Below, one piece after another: positions 1 to 14,500 of a stretch of DNA of 64,000 bases (the first letter of the stretch is position 1; each line of letters begins with the position of its first letter). Under the pieces are notes generated by a model. That model was not told the origin of the DNA, made no database searches, and saw nothing but the letters and a program-made list of their open reading frames with translations. The stretch covers positions 20,212,001 to 20,276,000 of the forward strand of contig CAIIXF020000001.1 in assembly GCA_903813345.2 (NCBI GenBank), given 5' to 3'. The DNA is from Owenia fusiformis (taxonomy: Eukaryota). The position numbers were made by a program, and so were the translations under genes.

Positions 1-1227
1 CCTCTTCGTTCTGCCGATAAACCCATATAATTGGCAATTCAACTACAAAAAAGAATTCTAAAATACTAAGGAATGTATCGAGGGAGGTCATTTAGGTTTA
101 CTTCGGTCCAAAGCCTTCTCTATATTCCGGCTTTGAGGAGGAAGATTGAGCTGCCTTAGTATTATAAATATTGTAAATCATTGTGTCACACGCACAGTAA
201 ATATGGCATAATAATATGAAATATACCTTTATGTATAAATTTGAAGAACATCAGCTCACATCCCCGTCTGAATCTAGTATTGTTATATTTGATTTCTTTA
301 AGCGAGAATAATTTCAAATGTTATTCACGTCCAGAACCGGAAGCCATTTTTAGCTACAGCGAGAAAATTTCACCATGTGTCAAACTCCGAAATGAAATTT
401 TGAAATATCTAAATCCAGACAAGCAACGCTTCATCCTAAATATGATTAATATTCTTAAAAATATTTATAAAATTTATTAAAAATGAGTTCTAGGTGCGTG
501 TAGGTGCGTATAGCACAGTACATACGAAATCAATGAAGTTTCGTCTAGCTGTAAGCTAGAGACTCGAGTAAATTTAGGTGTGCAATGCGTAGTATTTTCT
601 CAAACTTTGTAAAAACATTGACTGACCAATTATACGCGCGTACGACCACAATCTTAAGTGGTCGTAGAATTCGATAAAGGTTTGAGATATGTATCGTATT
701 GTTATTAATGTATCCTCAGACTCCCTAGTCTCTTTAGCAAGGCAAGCCGATCATTGATGTAGATTTCCTCTTCTGCATTTGAGCCTTTTATTTGTTAGCA
801 AAAGTGCACACATTAGAGCGAACTGTGAACTTATAAGAAACTGCAAATACACATGTGTATAAATCACCATAGGTCAGCATACTGAGCCTAAAGGCAAAAT
901 GGAGCATAATGGCCTGATCATAATGCCAGACATGGCTGAGACAGGTAAAACAGCATCAACAACATGTATTTCAATTGGGTATAAAAAATATTGATATCGG
1001 TCTGGTTTCTACGTATATACGCGAGATCCATATATGGAAATGATCTTTATATATTCATACACAACGTGGACACAAATCTGAAAGGAGAGTGGCCCGATTT
1101 ACGGGGAATTTGGGCTCGGAAGGCGGAGCGGATTTTTCCCTCCACATCTGAAAAATGGGTTCTTAGAACAGGACTGCGAATAAGTCTTTCGAGTGCGATT
1201 GAGAGATATTTGAAACAGTTTACTCAC

Positions 1228-1290
1228 ATTGTTATCCTTGTCTAGTGCCTTCAGTAGCTTATCTTTGATCTGATGAGGATTACACTGCAT
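1228..1290 (-). CDS. MED26: Mediator subunit 26, first coding exon (gene continues left of the window)
   Basis: ATG at 1290 reads MQCNPHQIKDKLLKALDKDNN, followed by a phase-0 GTGAGT donor at 1227. Matches the recalled MED26 N-terminus (PQQIRDRLLQAIDPQSN). No further exon found in 1-1227. Confidence 0.75.
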
Positions 1291-1299
1291 TTAGACCGC

Positions 1300-1560
1300 T
1301 AGATAGCAGCTAAGTTATAGAAAAATGCCAGACGATCGACCGTTCCCAGTTAACAGTATGGCCGACATCGAGACATTGGCGAACATTTCGCAAAGGCATC
1401 TGGGTAAATCCGAGTATGACGTTCTTCTCCCGAAGCTGACGTCAGAGTGAGCTCGTAAAATTCCGCGGAGCACGTGACATTGACGTTTGACCAATGAACG
1501 TTGATGTTTTGGTCATATGATCAAATAAAGAAGATGGCGGATTTTCTAAAAAATTTTAAA
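1300..1560. promoter_or_regulatory. CpG-enriched candidate bidirectional promoter (MED26/CCDC150)
   Basis: Local CpG enrichment, TGACGTCA (~1437), CACGTG (~1471), CCAAT (~1491) and the YY1-type motif AAGATGGCGG (1531-1540), between two divergent genes. Confidence 0.55.
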
Positions 1561-2052
1561 TCGCAAATTTTCATCAATTTGAGTTATTTAAGTCGAATAA
1601 TGATTGGATTTAGACTTGGAGAAAGGAAATTGAAATAACCAAATAACCTACACACTGGGACAGCACCTGCAACACGTAAAAATTCGATATAAGCTTGGAG
1701 AAAATGTAGAGAAATGTTTTGGTGAATTTTGAAGACGAACGACTTGACGAAGTCATATCTTCAGTTCAAAATCAACTTCTCTAATTTGACACCACTTTCT
1801 AATTTGCCTCACCTACCTTTTATTATTTCTCAAAACATATTGTCTCAAAATAACATTTGGTGAATTGATGCGATCGATCCTTGGACTTATCCCAAGACCA
1901 AATTACATTGGAATTTGGATAAATTTCATCTGAAAAATAAACAACCTACAATAATATGTGGAAAAATATGTTCATATTGCACACTAATGGCATTTGTATA
2001 ACTTGGATTGCTTGTGAATTGGCTTATAAAATCTGGCACAGGCTTACTGCAC

Positions 2053-2079
2053 CATGGGCTTTCAAGTTGAAAGCCCATG
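2053..2079. mobile_element. 27-bp transposon remnant (fused TIR tips) with 7-bp TSD; probable excision footprint of a P-like element
   Basis: CATGGGCTTTCAAGTTGAAAGCCCATG flanked by ACTGCAC (2046-2052 and 2080-2086). Same termini as the MITE at 30859-31396. Confidence 0.75.
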
Positions 2080-2410
2080 ACTGCACTAAACACTAAATAA
2101 ACCAAAATATATCAAATGTCATGTGTGTGCAGTATGAATACATGTATGTAGGTGGATTGAGATTAGGATGAAATTTATCTAAAAGATTGTATGAATTCAC
2201 TAATGTCAGGATAAATTCCCAGATTAATCCCACAGTACATCACTACCATGACAAAAATCTGGATTGGATTACAAATCGGATCATAACAATTCACAGCCCC
2301 AGGAATTTGGGTGATAAGCAGGGAAATTTTGTAGCGAATTTCACCCGCTAAAAATAACGAGTGACAACTTACACTTCCTCCGAGTGAAGTATTATACAGG
2401 TATTCTAGAT

Positions 2411-2781
2411 TTAAAGGGGCAATAAGGACTGTAGAGAAAATAGGAAAGTATTTTCATTTTTTCTGAGCTATCAAGGCAACATTTGGTTTAACATCTTCTT
2501 TGACATTCCTATTTTCTTAAAATGTATAGATAAATTATCAATTTCAGCATTAAGAAGTGTAAATTCAGTACAAAGCTTCAAAAAGGGGACTTCCACTTTT
2601 ATATTTTTAAGATCCACCATGTTTCAAGAGGAATATCAGCTAAAATAATGTTTATCTCAGGGGTTTCTTTGTAGATAATAAAAATAGATGTTAGTCTTGA
2701 TGAAATATCCAAACTTAAATATATTTTGACACTGGTCCATGATCGTTGAATGACCCCTCTGCACTAATTATTGCGCCTTAA
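2411..2781. mobile_element. Non-autonomous DNA element with TTAA-flanked ends (Kolobok-like)
   Basis: TTAAAGGGGCAATAA ... TTATTGCGCCTTAA termini. A partial inverted copy lies at ~4801-4935. Confidence 0.45.
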
Positions 2782-3182
2782 TCATTCAAACATTGTTTGC
2801 ACTCTACAATCACATTTGTGACATTATCACAGTTTCATGGGCCCCAGGGACAGGTATAAAGAATCAAGTCAAGTTCCTTAAGGTCAATCTGTTATATGCA
2901 ATCTGTATGTTCAGAGGATATTTTGTTCATAAAATGTATGAAAAATTGAACTGAACCTTTAGGTCTCAGGGTTATCAGAAATTTACCAAATACATGTTAG
3001 TGAAAAAGCATGCTGGATTTTTGAAATTTTTTTGAACGAAGGTGACAGTGTCCTGTCTTGATCTTCAGTCAGTTTTATTAGTTGAATAGCACTTCCTATA
3101 TGTAAACATGATATGTAAACAAATATTTTTTATTGCCAAGTTTTAACCATGGGTTTATTTTCATCCAATTTTCAAAAAATGT

Positions 3183-3992
3183 TAGCCTTGCCCAAGTCGG
3201 TATCTTTTACTTATCTTGATTTCTATTATGACCGCCTTGTACCAAAGAGAAAACCACATGCTTTACCGACAGTTTGTTGATGTCGGTAAAATTTGACCAA
3301 TCAACAACGGCCCTGTAGCGTTAGCTCATTATTATGCACGGTCGAAAACAAGTACACTTTTCGACGGGACTTTTCACGAACAAATCTTGCACGAATTCAT
3401 CATGAAAATACAAATATTTTATCAGATAAATATCAATCAGAGTTTAGTGGATGGTGGAGCATCGATTGGATAGCCGGAGGTGATAAGATTTCAACAATAA
3501 ACGTTAAAACGATCGCTTAATTCAAATGATCGAACATGTAGGCTGAGATTGAATCACTGATCGACGAATTTCTATCGTGCATTTTCATCGCGAAATCAAT
3601 TTCAAATCAACATTGAATCGCATGATTTAATTTATATTAATTACTACATTCCAATGTACATTTAATTACATAATATATTCATGAATGATATTGCAACTCT
3701 TCGGAAACACTCAATCATTGAATTTCAAGTCGTAGAGGGGAAGTTTGCTTTGTTTATGCAGCTCAACCTGATAACGTTTTGATTTGTCAATCAGCCTGAA
3801 GTCACACGTCGTGTCGTCCACGCGATCTGTCAATCAATAAGGTTTCGCGATACCCCTGATAGCGTAGGTATTATGGAAATCTCGAAACTGTTGAATATCT
3901 CAGCATAATATCAGCGGAGATGTATTGGATTGTACAAGGCGGTAATAATTCAAGATCAGATTAGTAAAAAAATACCGACTTGGGCAAGGCTA
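3183..3992. mobile_element. MITE with TAG termini and 8-bp TSD (hAT-type signature)
   Basis: TIR TAGCCTTGCCCAAGTCGGTAT / ATACCGACTTGGGCAAGGCTA. TSD AAAAATGT at 3175-3182 and 3993-4000. Confidence 0.8.
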
Positions 3993-5167
3993 AAAAATGT
4001 CAGAACTATAGGATATTATGAGGTTATATGATGGTTGATTCTGTATATTGTTTATACTCAAGTGAATGTATCATATACTCATGGGAGTATAACGATATAC
4101 AGAATTAACCATTATATGATCTTATTAGCCCACCCTAAATTGAGCAGTTGTATATCAACTCAAAGAGTTGTATACTCTGCCCAGCAGGAGTTATACGCTT
4201 TCCAGGAGTTGTATATCATTCTCAAGCGGTGTATATGATGAGTGTTGGTTTTATATTGCAGTTATAAGATGCTATTATACAATCATATAAAGCACTAAGG
4301 GTGGGATAAAGTCTGGGATCACAATTGTCAAAATGACCCTAAACAAATAGCTTTTTGAGCATTCTGAAATGGTGACTGAAAAGTACTTGTAGTTAAAAGT
4401 TATCCATTTAGAAAGGTCACTGAACAGAATATTTTGAATTTTTCAGAAAATCTGCCCAATATCTGGCTTGAAATGATACAAGCTTTGAAAATTTGAATTC
4501 ATTCCTAGCGATAGAGAAAAATGAAAACAACTGATTTGAAAAGAAGTGTAAATAAAGATCATACTTTTTGTTTCAGATAATTCCTCAAATTTTCAAAGCA
4601 CTTCCTTCATAACTTTCAGTCTGAAAAATAAGAAAATATGATATTTACCATACAATGTATTCTTACCAGAATGGGATAGGTCTAGTTGTGAAACTCCGGC
4701 AAACACGACAACGATGACAATATTCTTGACAGGAAGGAAAATAAAATTTAAAAAATCTTTTTCAGGTGTTACACAAAAAAGTGTTAAGTGTACTCATTAA
4801 TTAAAGGTGCAACAATTAGTGCAGGGGGGCTTTTCAACGACCATCGAGTCATCGACCAGTGTCAAAATGTATTTAAGTTTGGATATTTCATCAAGACTAA
4901 CGTGTATTTTCATTATCTATAAAGAAACCACCTGGATGAATATAAATAGGCGGTGGTTTTTCAAATTAAATTGAGTGTTTCTTTCCAAACTGATTTGCCT
5001 TCAGACGACTTTACTCTCTCTTAAGGATAGAATGCACAAACGAAGCAAAAGTTTTGCTATTGTAGGCAAAAAATCTCTATGTGATTTTACCTGTTATTCT
5101 GCATTCGATCTGCCATTTTTATCGGTAATTTAATCTGAGAAATTTACTTTCAGCTTAAAATTGCACT

Positions 5168-5563
5168 ATGTCTCGACAAGTTATTCCCCCTACCCGCTCT
5201 CCTGTATCTTCACCCCAACAGACTATTAACCTACTGCAGAAACGCCTTTATTCTGCTGAGGAAGATGCCATGCATTTAGTGGGGACACTACAACAAATGG
5301 GGTTCAGGACTAATCAGTCTGCAGTACAAGGGGATGGCCAAGAAGTGCTATCACCATATCAACCAAGGATAGTTGAAAATGAAGTCTTAAAGAAAAATTA
5401 TGAGTCGCTGGTTTCAAGAGTTTGCAGGACAGAAAGTGTGATACAAACTTTAAAAATGAATCTAGCTGCAGTTCAGGCAGAGCGGGATCTAGGTCAAAGA
5501 AAGAATTATGAAGCTAGTGAAAAATTGGCTTTAGCATCTGATGCATATCAGACAGAAATTCAG
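5168..5563 (+). CDS. CCDC150: CCDC150 coding exon 1
   Basis: Acceptor at 5153, ATG at 5168, MSRQVIPP...TEIQ, donor GTAAGT. Confidence 0.88.
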
Positions 5564-8500
5564 GTAAGTTTTGGTGCAGTTATGTATGATGATGTATGCA
5601 TAATTGTACTGTGGAGTAGAGTCATCATTGAATAACATGAAGATTTATTTAGTATTTGAAGAAAAAATATAAACACTTGCCTTCATGTTTTTAAAACGAG
5701 AAAGTTCATAAATGTTTGCCTCTCCCCATAACACCTGCTTTCCCCACTTAGTTTGAGAGAACAAATGAAAGGACCACAGTGCAATTATGAAAAATTAAAT
5801 ACAATAAGATGGATGAAATAAATTTACATACTGTTTAGACCTTTGACTATATAATGTTTCCCAAATAGGTACAGAATTCTTATTTTCCAAATTTGACCAA
5901 ATGCCAGTTTCTCATTTTAAGTGGGTGCAAATGGGGTTTCAGGTTGATGCAAGCCTCTACGATATCTCAATTAGGTGCAGTGGACAGTTCTTGGCAGATC
6001 ACTGTTTACATTCAATATATTCTAATTACATGATTAAAGTCAGTCAATACATGAATCTTTTCAGAATTTGACACGTGAACTTGTAAAATCTCGGAAGGAA
6101 TGTAAAGAAGCACAAGAAGTCAGGAATAAATGCCAGGATGATGTTAGACGATTAAAAGAGGCATTGGAAATATCATCAACAGCCAAGGTAGAAACATTGT
6201 TTTGTTTTTTGATATGTATGCACTATTAGAGAAAAACTTATATCCCAAAGAATGTGTCTTTTTTAAAAAAAATTATTAAAACTAAGTCAGCCCTCTATTT
6301 TTCCAACACGTAATTGTAATTACTCAAACATGATATGTCACCTTCCAATCTACTGTATAAGTATGAGTTTATTTTGGTTCTCTATTTTGATCGATTTGAT
6401 GTCCATAGTATAACAAAGACTTTTAGTTAAACTACATGTACAATGCTTCTTTTCATTGATTTCCTTTATGATAACATTTCATGATTTCATTCATGTATGC
6501 ACATTGTCATGTGATATTATTTTTTGTAGGTTGAATATTCTGCAGCTGCTGAGGACTTGAAATATGGCAAAAATAAACTTGTTCGTAGAGTAGCTGAATT
6601 AAAGGAGGAGTTATCAAGAGAAATGGGTCTACGTGCAAGTCTAGAGGAATCACATAATACATTAATGACCAGAGTACATGAAATGGAAGACATTGTTGAA
6701 GCAGAAAGAAATGAGGTAAAAACTGTATATAAAGTCTTTTAAGCCTTTATAGCAATGATAAACACTTCTATTCACAACCACTGTCAGTAGTACAGAGTAC
6801 TAGAATGTGCATGATGTACAGGGTGTCCAAGAAGTAACGTCAATCACTCTGGCATTTTGTCATTTATGCTTCAAATGTCATGAAACTTAGTCAGAATGTT
6901 CCTTGTACATTTATAAATATAAATATGAAGTATGGAGTTACTAGCATTTGATTGGCCGGTTTTATGGTTACCATAGTAACACAAGTGCATGGACCCCGGG
7001 GCAGCTCTGCAATCGGTAAGATCTTTACACTAGCTTTGAAGTGTACATCTTTTATTTATAATATGACCACAAATATAATGTTTTCCACTACACATCATGT
7101 ATTCATAATATAGCTGTTGCTGGCGTTATATCAGTGTTATATTAAAGTTTATCGAATGTTACTCTACATAATCACCACCAAGTTCCACACATCTCTGGTG
7201 TCTTCTTACCCGCTCCAAGAAAACTCTATTGAAACCACCAGAGCTCATTTCTGCAAGGGATGACAGAACAGAGCTCTTAAGTTCCTCATTTGAAGAGAAA
7301 GACTGTCCAGCAAGTTTAGCCTTCAGTGCCCCATAAAGATAGAAGTCACTAGGGGCCAAATCAGGCGAATATGGAGCTTGTTCAAGTATGGGGTATTCCT
7401 AGTATCTCAATTACTTCCATGGTGTTCCTGGCCTTGTGAATGGGGGCATTGTCCCAGTGCAGTGAAAGGCACAATCCAGCCAGAAAACATATTATGATGT
7501 CATAAAGTACTCCAAAGAAGTGTTACCATGGTAACTCCCAATAAACAATAAAACCGTTAAGATTTGAAAAAGTCCCAAGACATTGCATTTCATTTTTGCC
7601 AAAGGTTTTACCTTATAATAACCTGATTTACATAATATTTACCAGGTACATTCTGAACTGCCCCGGGGTCCATGCACTTGTGTTACTATGGCAACCATGA
7701 AATTGGCCAATCAAATGCCAGTCACTCCATACTTCGTATTTATATGTATAAATGTACAAGGAACATTTTGACCAAGTTTCATGACATTTGAAGCATAAAT
7801 GACAAAATGCCAGGGTCATTGACGTTACTTCTTGGACACCCTGTATGTAACTTAATTGTATCCCTATTAAGTTCTTTGTCCATTTGACCAATCCTTGAAC
7901 ACACTGCAGAGTTGGCATGGTACATCAATAATTCCATACCTTCTGGGGTTCTAGAGAGATAGTGTGCTGGAAAATGAATTGTATCTTGGGAGCAGAATAT
8001 TGGCTGAATTTATCCCGCTATTTTTGAGGGCTGGGACAAACAAGAATATCTTTCAAGTCTTTCATTTTAATGAACTTATGTATTTCCTATATATCTCAAA
8101 ATGTCAGATACTTATGGTATGGGGCATTTCAGTTATGAATGGGCAGTCCCAGGATTTATCCCACAGGAAAATGGATATCAATCCTCCCAGTACATTAATC
8201 TTGCTCCACACAAAATTGTCATTCTAAAAACATTAGAGGGTAACTCTTTAACAGAGCTTTTTGAAGTATTGTTAAGATGATAGACAACATCATCTTGGCT
8301 TTAATGTTCATCATTCTGAAATGTTTATTATATTCCCCTTGGTGAAGCCTGCTTTTAACATGAATGTATAGAGAGTGGGAAAGGACTTATCTAATCTAAA
8401 TGTGCAGTTGTTTGGGTTTAGTTAGTGTGTACTTCACAAATAACCACTTGTATATATACTTGCACTGTTTTGAATATTATTTCCGAGAGCAGAATATACC

Positions 8501-11500
8501 AATTTCTGTAATTCCCCAAATCTCCCATCTTTAATTACTGTACAGACTACAATAAACATCAATTTTACTAACTTTTCACAAATGAATTGGTTATGATTGG
8601 CGAGTGTGTTAGAAAATAATCAGATTGCAATCTGTTTGCTACTTTGACAAAATACATAATAATTGTGTGATTGATTTTTGAACTTATCATAGACATCTTG
8701 ATGAAACAATCTATTCGAAACATAATTTTTTACACCAGATGTTATTTATTAATTCGCAGAATCAGAGTCATTGATTGCGTATATTCTTTTGTGGACTTTT
8801 ATGATGTCATGACATGACATATTAGTCTGTACTAAATCATATCTATTTAACTACACTTATACTACACTACACCATGCTTCAACATGGTACGCGTAGAGTA
8901 ACATGTAAAATAGAACACCATAAAATGAACAATAAATATATTTATATTGGAGGTCGGAGGAAGTCTAAGTTGTCACTCGTTATATTTTGTGACTGGAATT
9001 CCCTACAAAATTTCCCTGCTCATCACCCTAATTTTCTGATTTTTGGAGAACATGTTTGAGAAACAATAAAAGGTGAGAGAGGCAAATTAGAAGGTGCTGT
9101 CAAATTACTTTAGAAGTTGATTTTGAACTGTGAAGTGCAGACATGACTTCAAAGTCACCAAAAAGTTGAGTGACATTTTACATTTCCTCTAACCTTACAG
9201 TGTGAAGCATTCAGAAGATTAAACTTTTTATGAGTCAATTTGTTTACAAGTGTTGAAAATAAACTTTCCCACACAGACAATAACATTATTACTGCAATAT
9301 CAGGATAATTTTTGTCAATATTGACCCTATTGTTCCATTTATCTTGAAAGCGCATGTTATAATGTGCAATGCATTTTTTGTATCAAGATCCTGTTTTTCA
9401 TTTGTTTATTAAACTATCAAAATATTCTAATTTTTATAATGTTTGCCAAAAACATTTTAATAGTTTTAAGTCTTCTGAATCATTTCACATTCCTTTGTTT
9501 TAAAACTTTGAATGGGTTGTGAATGATATATAAAATACTATTAAACCATGCATGATGTCAAGTTATGGTATTTTAATATTCAAATGAAGTTTTTCTGCAC
9601 TGAATGAAAGGAAAAACATCAATATATCAATATTTGCACTAGTCAGCTCATAATGCAATTACCTATCTATATTATTCTACACATTTTTATTTAAATTCAT
9701 ACATGTATACAATGAAACGGTTATCAGAGCAACACTGAGTATGCATAGATATTAGAAACTGTTGGATACTTGTTAATTAGATGATTGATTTTTAGCTTTT
9801 TAAAAGTCATACTGACTTCAACTGACTCAAAGGAGAGCAGAGAATTAAGGCAGTCTTATTAGGACTCTTATGTATTCAGAATTTTGATTCTTCACTAAAA
9901 CAGGATTGTTGTTACATTGTCGTTTTCAAGGTAACACAGACGCCTTTCTGAAACAGACAAAGGACTAGTCTCGGTTTAGAGAAAGGAGCTCATCAGTCTA
10001 CACAACGTTACGCCTGCTTTGGACAATTTTGATATTTTTATATATTGTAGATTTAAGTGTCCTCTTTTGAATATCCATAATTTAATTTGGCTGTTATTTC
10101 TATATTTTTCATAAAATAATTATGAGCCCAGTAGACTGTTCTCCACACCGAGACTTGTCTTTTTCATTTTAGGTAAAGAGTCTCTCGTCTGACTGCACTG
10201 CACTCCGACGTGAAGCTGCCAAGTGGCAAGATGCAGAACAGAAGCAACAGGTTCTCAGGGCACAACAAGAGGAACAACTCACTGCTTTTTTCAATGAAAA
10301 TGGTAAATACAAAATTGTAAACATGTTTGATAAATAGTGTTGTTAGTTCTACATAAATGGTCTATTTGATATTGCTTTTATGTTTGTGAAACATGAAAAG
10401 TCAATTTGTTTTCATGATATAAGTTTACTATCAACCCAAGTCATGATAATGTGCAATTTTTAATCTCATCATTTACTGTACAAGTCAGTATTGCCCTTGC
10501 ACTATAGGCAACTAGAGAGTATAATTGAAATATGTAAACTGTAAAGTGAATTATTTTAAGTCATATTGCAAGAACTATAAATATTTGTCTCATGTGTAAT
10601 TATAGATATTGTTATCTCCGCATAGATAGATATCACATTGTTTGTGAAATTAGAATGATAGCTAATTTTGAATAAAAACTGCTACCTGCAGCCTAAAACA
10701 TCATGAACTTAACCGATTTACCCCAGTTTATTTGATGCAACAAAAGAAGACAGATTTTACTGGGTATTTATATTTTATTGATTGCCAGATGTATGGTATT
10801 ATTTATTACACTCATATTAAATGTACCAACTCGTTTATTTATAGCAAAGCAGAAAAAAATAATTGAAGAAATGGAGGAAGACAAGAAATGTGTCAAAACT
10901 GAGTTTGGCAAGATGAAAGTTCAGTATAAAGGACTTAATGCCCAACTTGAACAGATGAAGAAATTCACAGAGGAGAAACATGTAAGGGCTTAGCTTTACT
11001 TCAATTTAATTCAATTTATTTAAGTAAAGTAAACATTTAAATAACAATAATAACAATATATACAGAATATCACATCATTTTGAGTGATATCATTTTTATC
11101 GCCGAGTTGATATCAAATATCAACACGAGTGAGCGAAGCGAATGAGTGTTGATATTTGATATCTACGAGGCGATAAAATGATATCACTAGAAATTATGTG
11201 ATATTGGGTTTATCCCATGATTACGATCACCTTGTGATATAGTTCGTCATAAATACAATTTTTTTAATCGTTATTTAGCAGCCTTCTGATCAAATTATAT
11301 ACAGAATCGTAATTTAATACACCAACAATGAAACTTAAAGAGAATAAATTAACGGACCTATTTTCTCAAAAGAGAATAAATTATCTGACCTAATTTCCAA
11401 CAATATTGTGGCGCGAAATGCAAATGTGATATCAGACGGATATGCATGAGATAAACGATATCACACGCATATGAGTTTGATAAACGATTTTCTGGAAAAT

Positions 11501-14500
11501 ATCACACGGATTTCAGTGATATCAGAAATATCAATAGCTGTTATTGTACAGATAACACATTAATCGTGGGATAAACTGTATTATAGAATTATAGAAATTA
11601 AATGGGGCATATACATTTCAGTTCATAGTTCTCATATATATTTGACATATCCAGCCCCAGGGATAGTTTGCATGATACAAGATCTATTGAAGAATATATC
11701 TGTATTGTTTTATCTGTCTAAATACTCCATTCTGACTGCAAAGAGGAACTTCATAATTTTCCTGTCTACTTGCTGTTGGCCAATTTGGGAGTACTGTACA
11801 GGTATACCTTCTGTATTAATGATGTCTGACTTTAAAAAGGTTATTTGCCTCTATGGTCGATTCCAACTATGTCCCTGTCTCTCCAAATCTGCAGTTTGCA
11901 TGTTAATGCCTTGTTTACACATACAATCATCTTGTAGAGCACCCAAGGGCAACTTGAACATGAGAACAAGCAGCTACATGAGGCCCTGAGGACTGCAGCT
12001 GAGGAGAATGCTAAACTCATTGCCAACTATGAGACACAACTTGTGGTACATATTAGATAATCTAGAAAACATGTTCCTTTGAAGTATTCAATATTAAATA
12101 TGTGATATGATAAAACTGTTCTCTACTTTTCTCTAAAATAACACCAATTTTGGGTATTTTCGAGCATTAATAAGAAAAAGTTAGAAGTTTGTCAGAAAGT
12201 GTCAGTTGTATCACTTTACTTTCAAAAGCCTGTTGTAAAAGCATGTTTGGCATACAGTGCACTTCTTACCTCTTTTTATATGCAGGCTGCAAAGGAGAAA
12301 GTCACAACAAGTAACCAACAGCAGGAGACAGTTGAGATACTAAAACAGGAACTTATAAGAGAAAGCAAGGAAAAGGCACATTTCCAGCAACTATGGTAAG
12401 TTAGAATCATGGTCTATCCATCTATTGTGCACACTAAGCAGTTATTATGTTGTAAACTCTGAAAATTATAAAGTTGTCTGAAACTCTTTGAGCATCCTTT
12501 GTTCATTTACTACAGTAGTATATACTGTAAGACAAGAAGGAAAAATGAAAAATTGTATAACAAACTTGTCAAAATACACCAATCTGTATACTATCAGTAC
12601 ATATTGTTTTGTTTTATGTTGTTTTTAGTGAAAAACTTCAAGGGGAGTTGAACGAGATCAATGGAGAACATGTGTCTGTAGAACGAGAAAGCAAAGAGAC
12701 AATAGATGAATTAAACCATGAAATACATGACCTAAAACAAAAACTTAAGTTTTTGGAGGAAGAGAAACAACAAGCATTTAAAGAGAAAGAAACACTTTTG
12801 GATGAAGTAAGTTCAGCAGAATTTAAGAGACATTTATTTAGTTCTGTTCATTGAAATACATTACAATTTAAGAAATTAATTGGGTAAGTAAACATTGTTA
12901 AAAATGCAGTAGATCTTTATAAGATGTTGGAAAAGGACTGGCATTGTAATTCTGTATTTTGATTGTTTATAAATAAATGCCATCAAAATCAAAAAAATGA
13001 AAAAGGACAGCAATGACTTAAACATCAACCAATTTAAAAAGCAAAATGCATATCTTACCAAATTAATTACTGACTCAAAGAACAACTATCAAGATAAACT
13101 TTGTAATAACTTGGATGAAGAAGCAGCAAATGGCCTAAACTACTGGACAATTATAAAGAAACTTATAGGAACCAAGTTTTCAACAGGCATTCCTCTTCTT
13201 GAGATAAATGATAAAATTATTGATGATGACCTTGGAAAAGCAAATGCTTTTTTAAATAAGTTCATGACTAAGTTCCACCATAATATAATTGATAAGTCAT
13301 TGCCGCCCTGTCCTATGAAAACAAATGAATCTTTGACTTACATAAATATTTCTCGAAAAAATATAAATGATAACTTACGGAACCTTAATTCATCTAAAAA
13401 AGGTGGAGAAGATAATATCACTAACAAAATGTTGAAACTTGTGGCTGACTCTATCGATGTTGAACTAGTTAAATTATTTACTATTTTCTTGGAGACAAAT
13501 ACATTTCCTGATTGCTGGAAACTGGGTATAATTGTTCCTATATATAAGAATAAAAATTCAAAAACAGACCCATCCAACTACAGACCAATCTGCCTCCTCA
13601 ATAATCTCTCAAAGCTTTTTGAACGAATAATTTATACAGCAATTTTTGACCATGTTTCCTCGAAGAACCTCATTTATGAAAATCAGTCCGGGTTCTTACC
13701 AGGCCATAATACACAGAAGCAACTATTTTCTATTGTTAATATGTTAGCCGATAATTTTGACTCTAACCTAGCAACCCGTGGAATATTTTTAGACGTGGAA
13801 GGTGCATTTGACGCAGTCCCACATTTTTTGTTACTCCATAAGATGAAATCTTATGGATTAGGCAACAATATTATAGAGTTATTGACCTCATATCTAACAG
13901 ATAGGAAATTAAAAGTAAGGATCAATGATACTTATTCAGACATTTCATGTAATGCTGAAACTGGTGCAAATATTCCTCAAAATCTTCAAAATCGAGACTC
14001 TAGATCCTATGAAATAAATAGTGGGGTTCCCCAAGGATCAATTCTTGGCCCCCTATTATTTTTGTTATATATTAATGACTTAGCAGACTCAGTTCATAAT
14101 TGTAAACTTTTCTTATATGCTGATGATAGTTCGATCTTCTTGACAGTACCAAAGAATGAATCAGTTGAAACAACAAATCAAAAAATTCAATCAGATATCA
14201 ATGAAATGGCTAATTGGTCCACTAAATGGAAACTCAAATTTAAGGCATCTAAGAGTAGGGGGGTTATCTTTCAATCTAAACACACACGAAAAGTTAAGAA
14301 ACAAATTCCAGTAACAATGAATAATGAGCAAATACCTCTTGTAAATAGCCATAAACATTTAGGCATCATTTTAGACAAACACCTTAGCTTTGAAGAACAC
14401 ATTAACTCAGTGATTACTAGGTGTAATAAAATGTTAAATCCATTAAAAGCACTCAAATTTTCAGTAAGATCAAAACACTTACAGACAATTTACATGGCAT

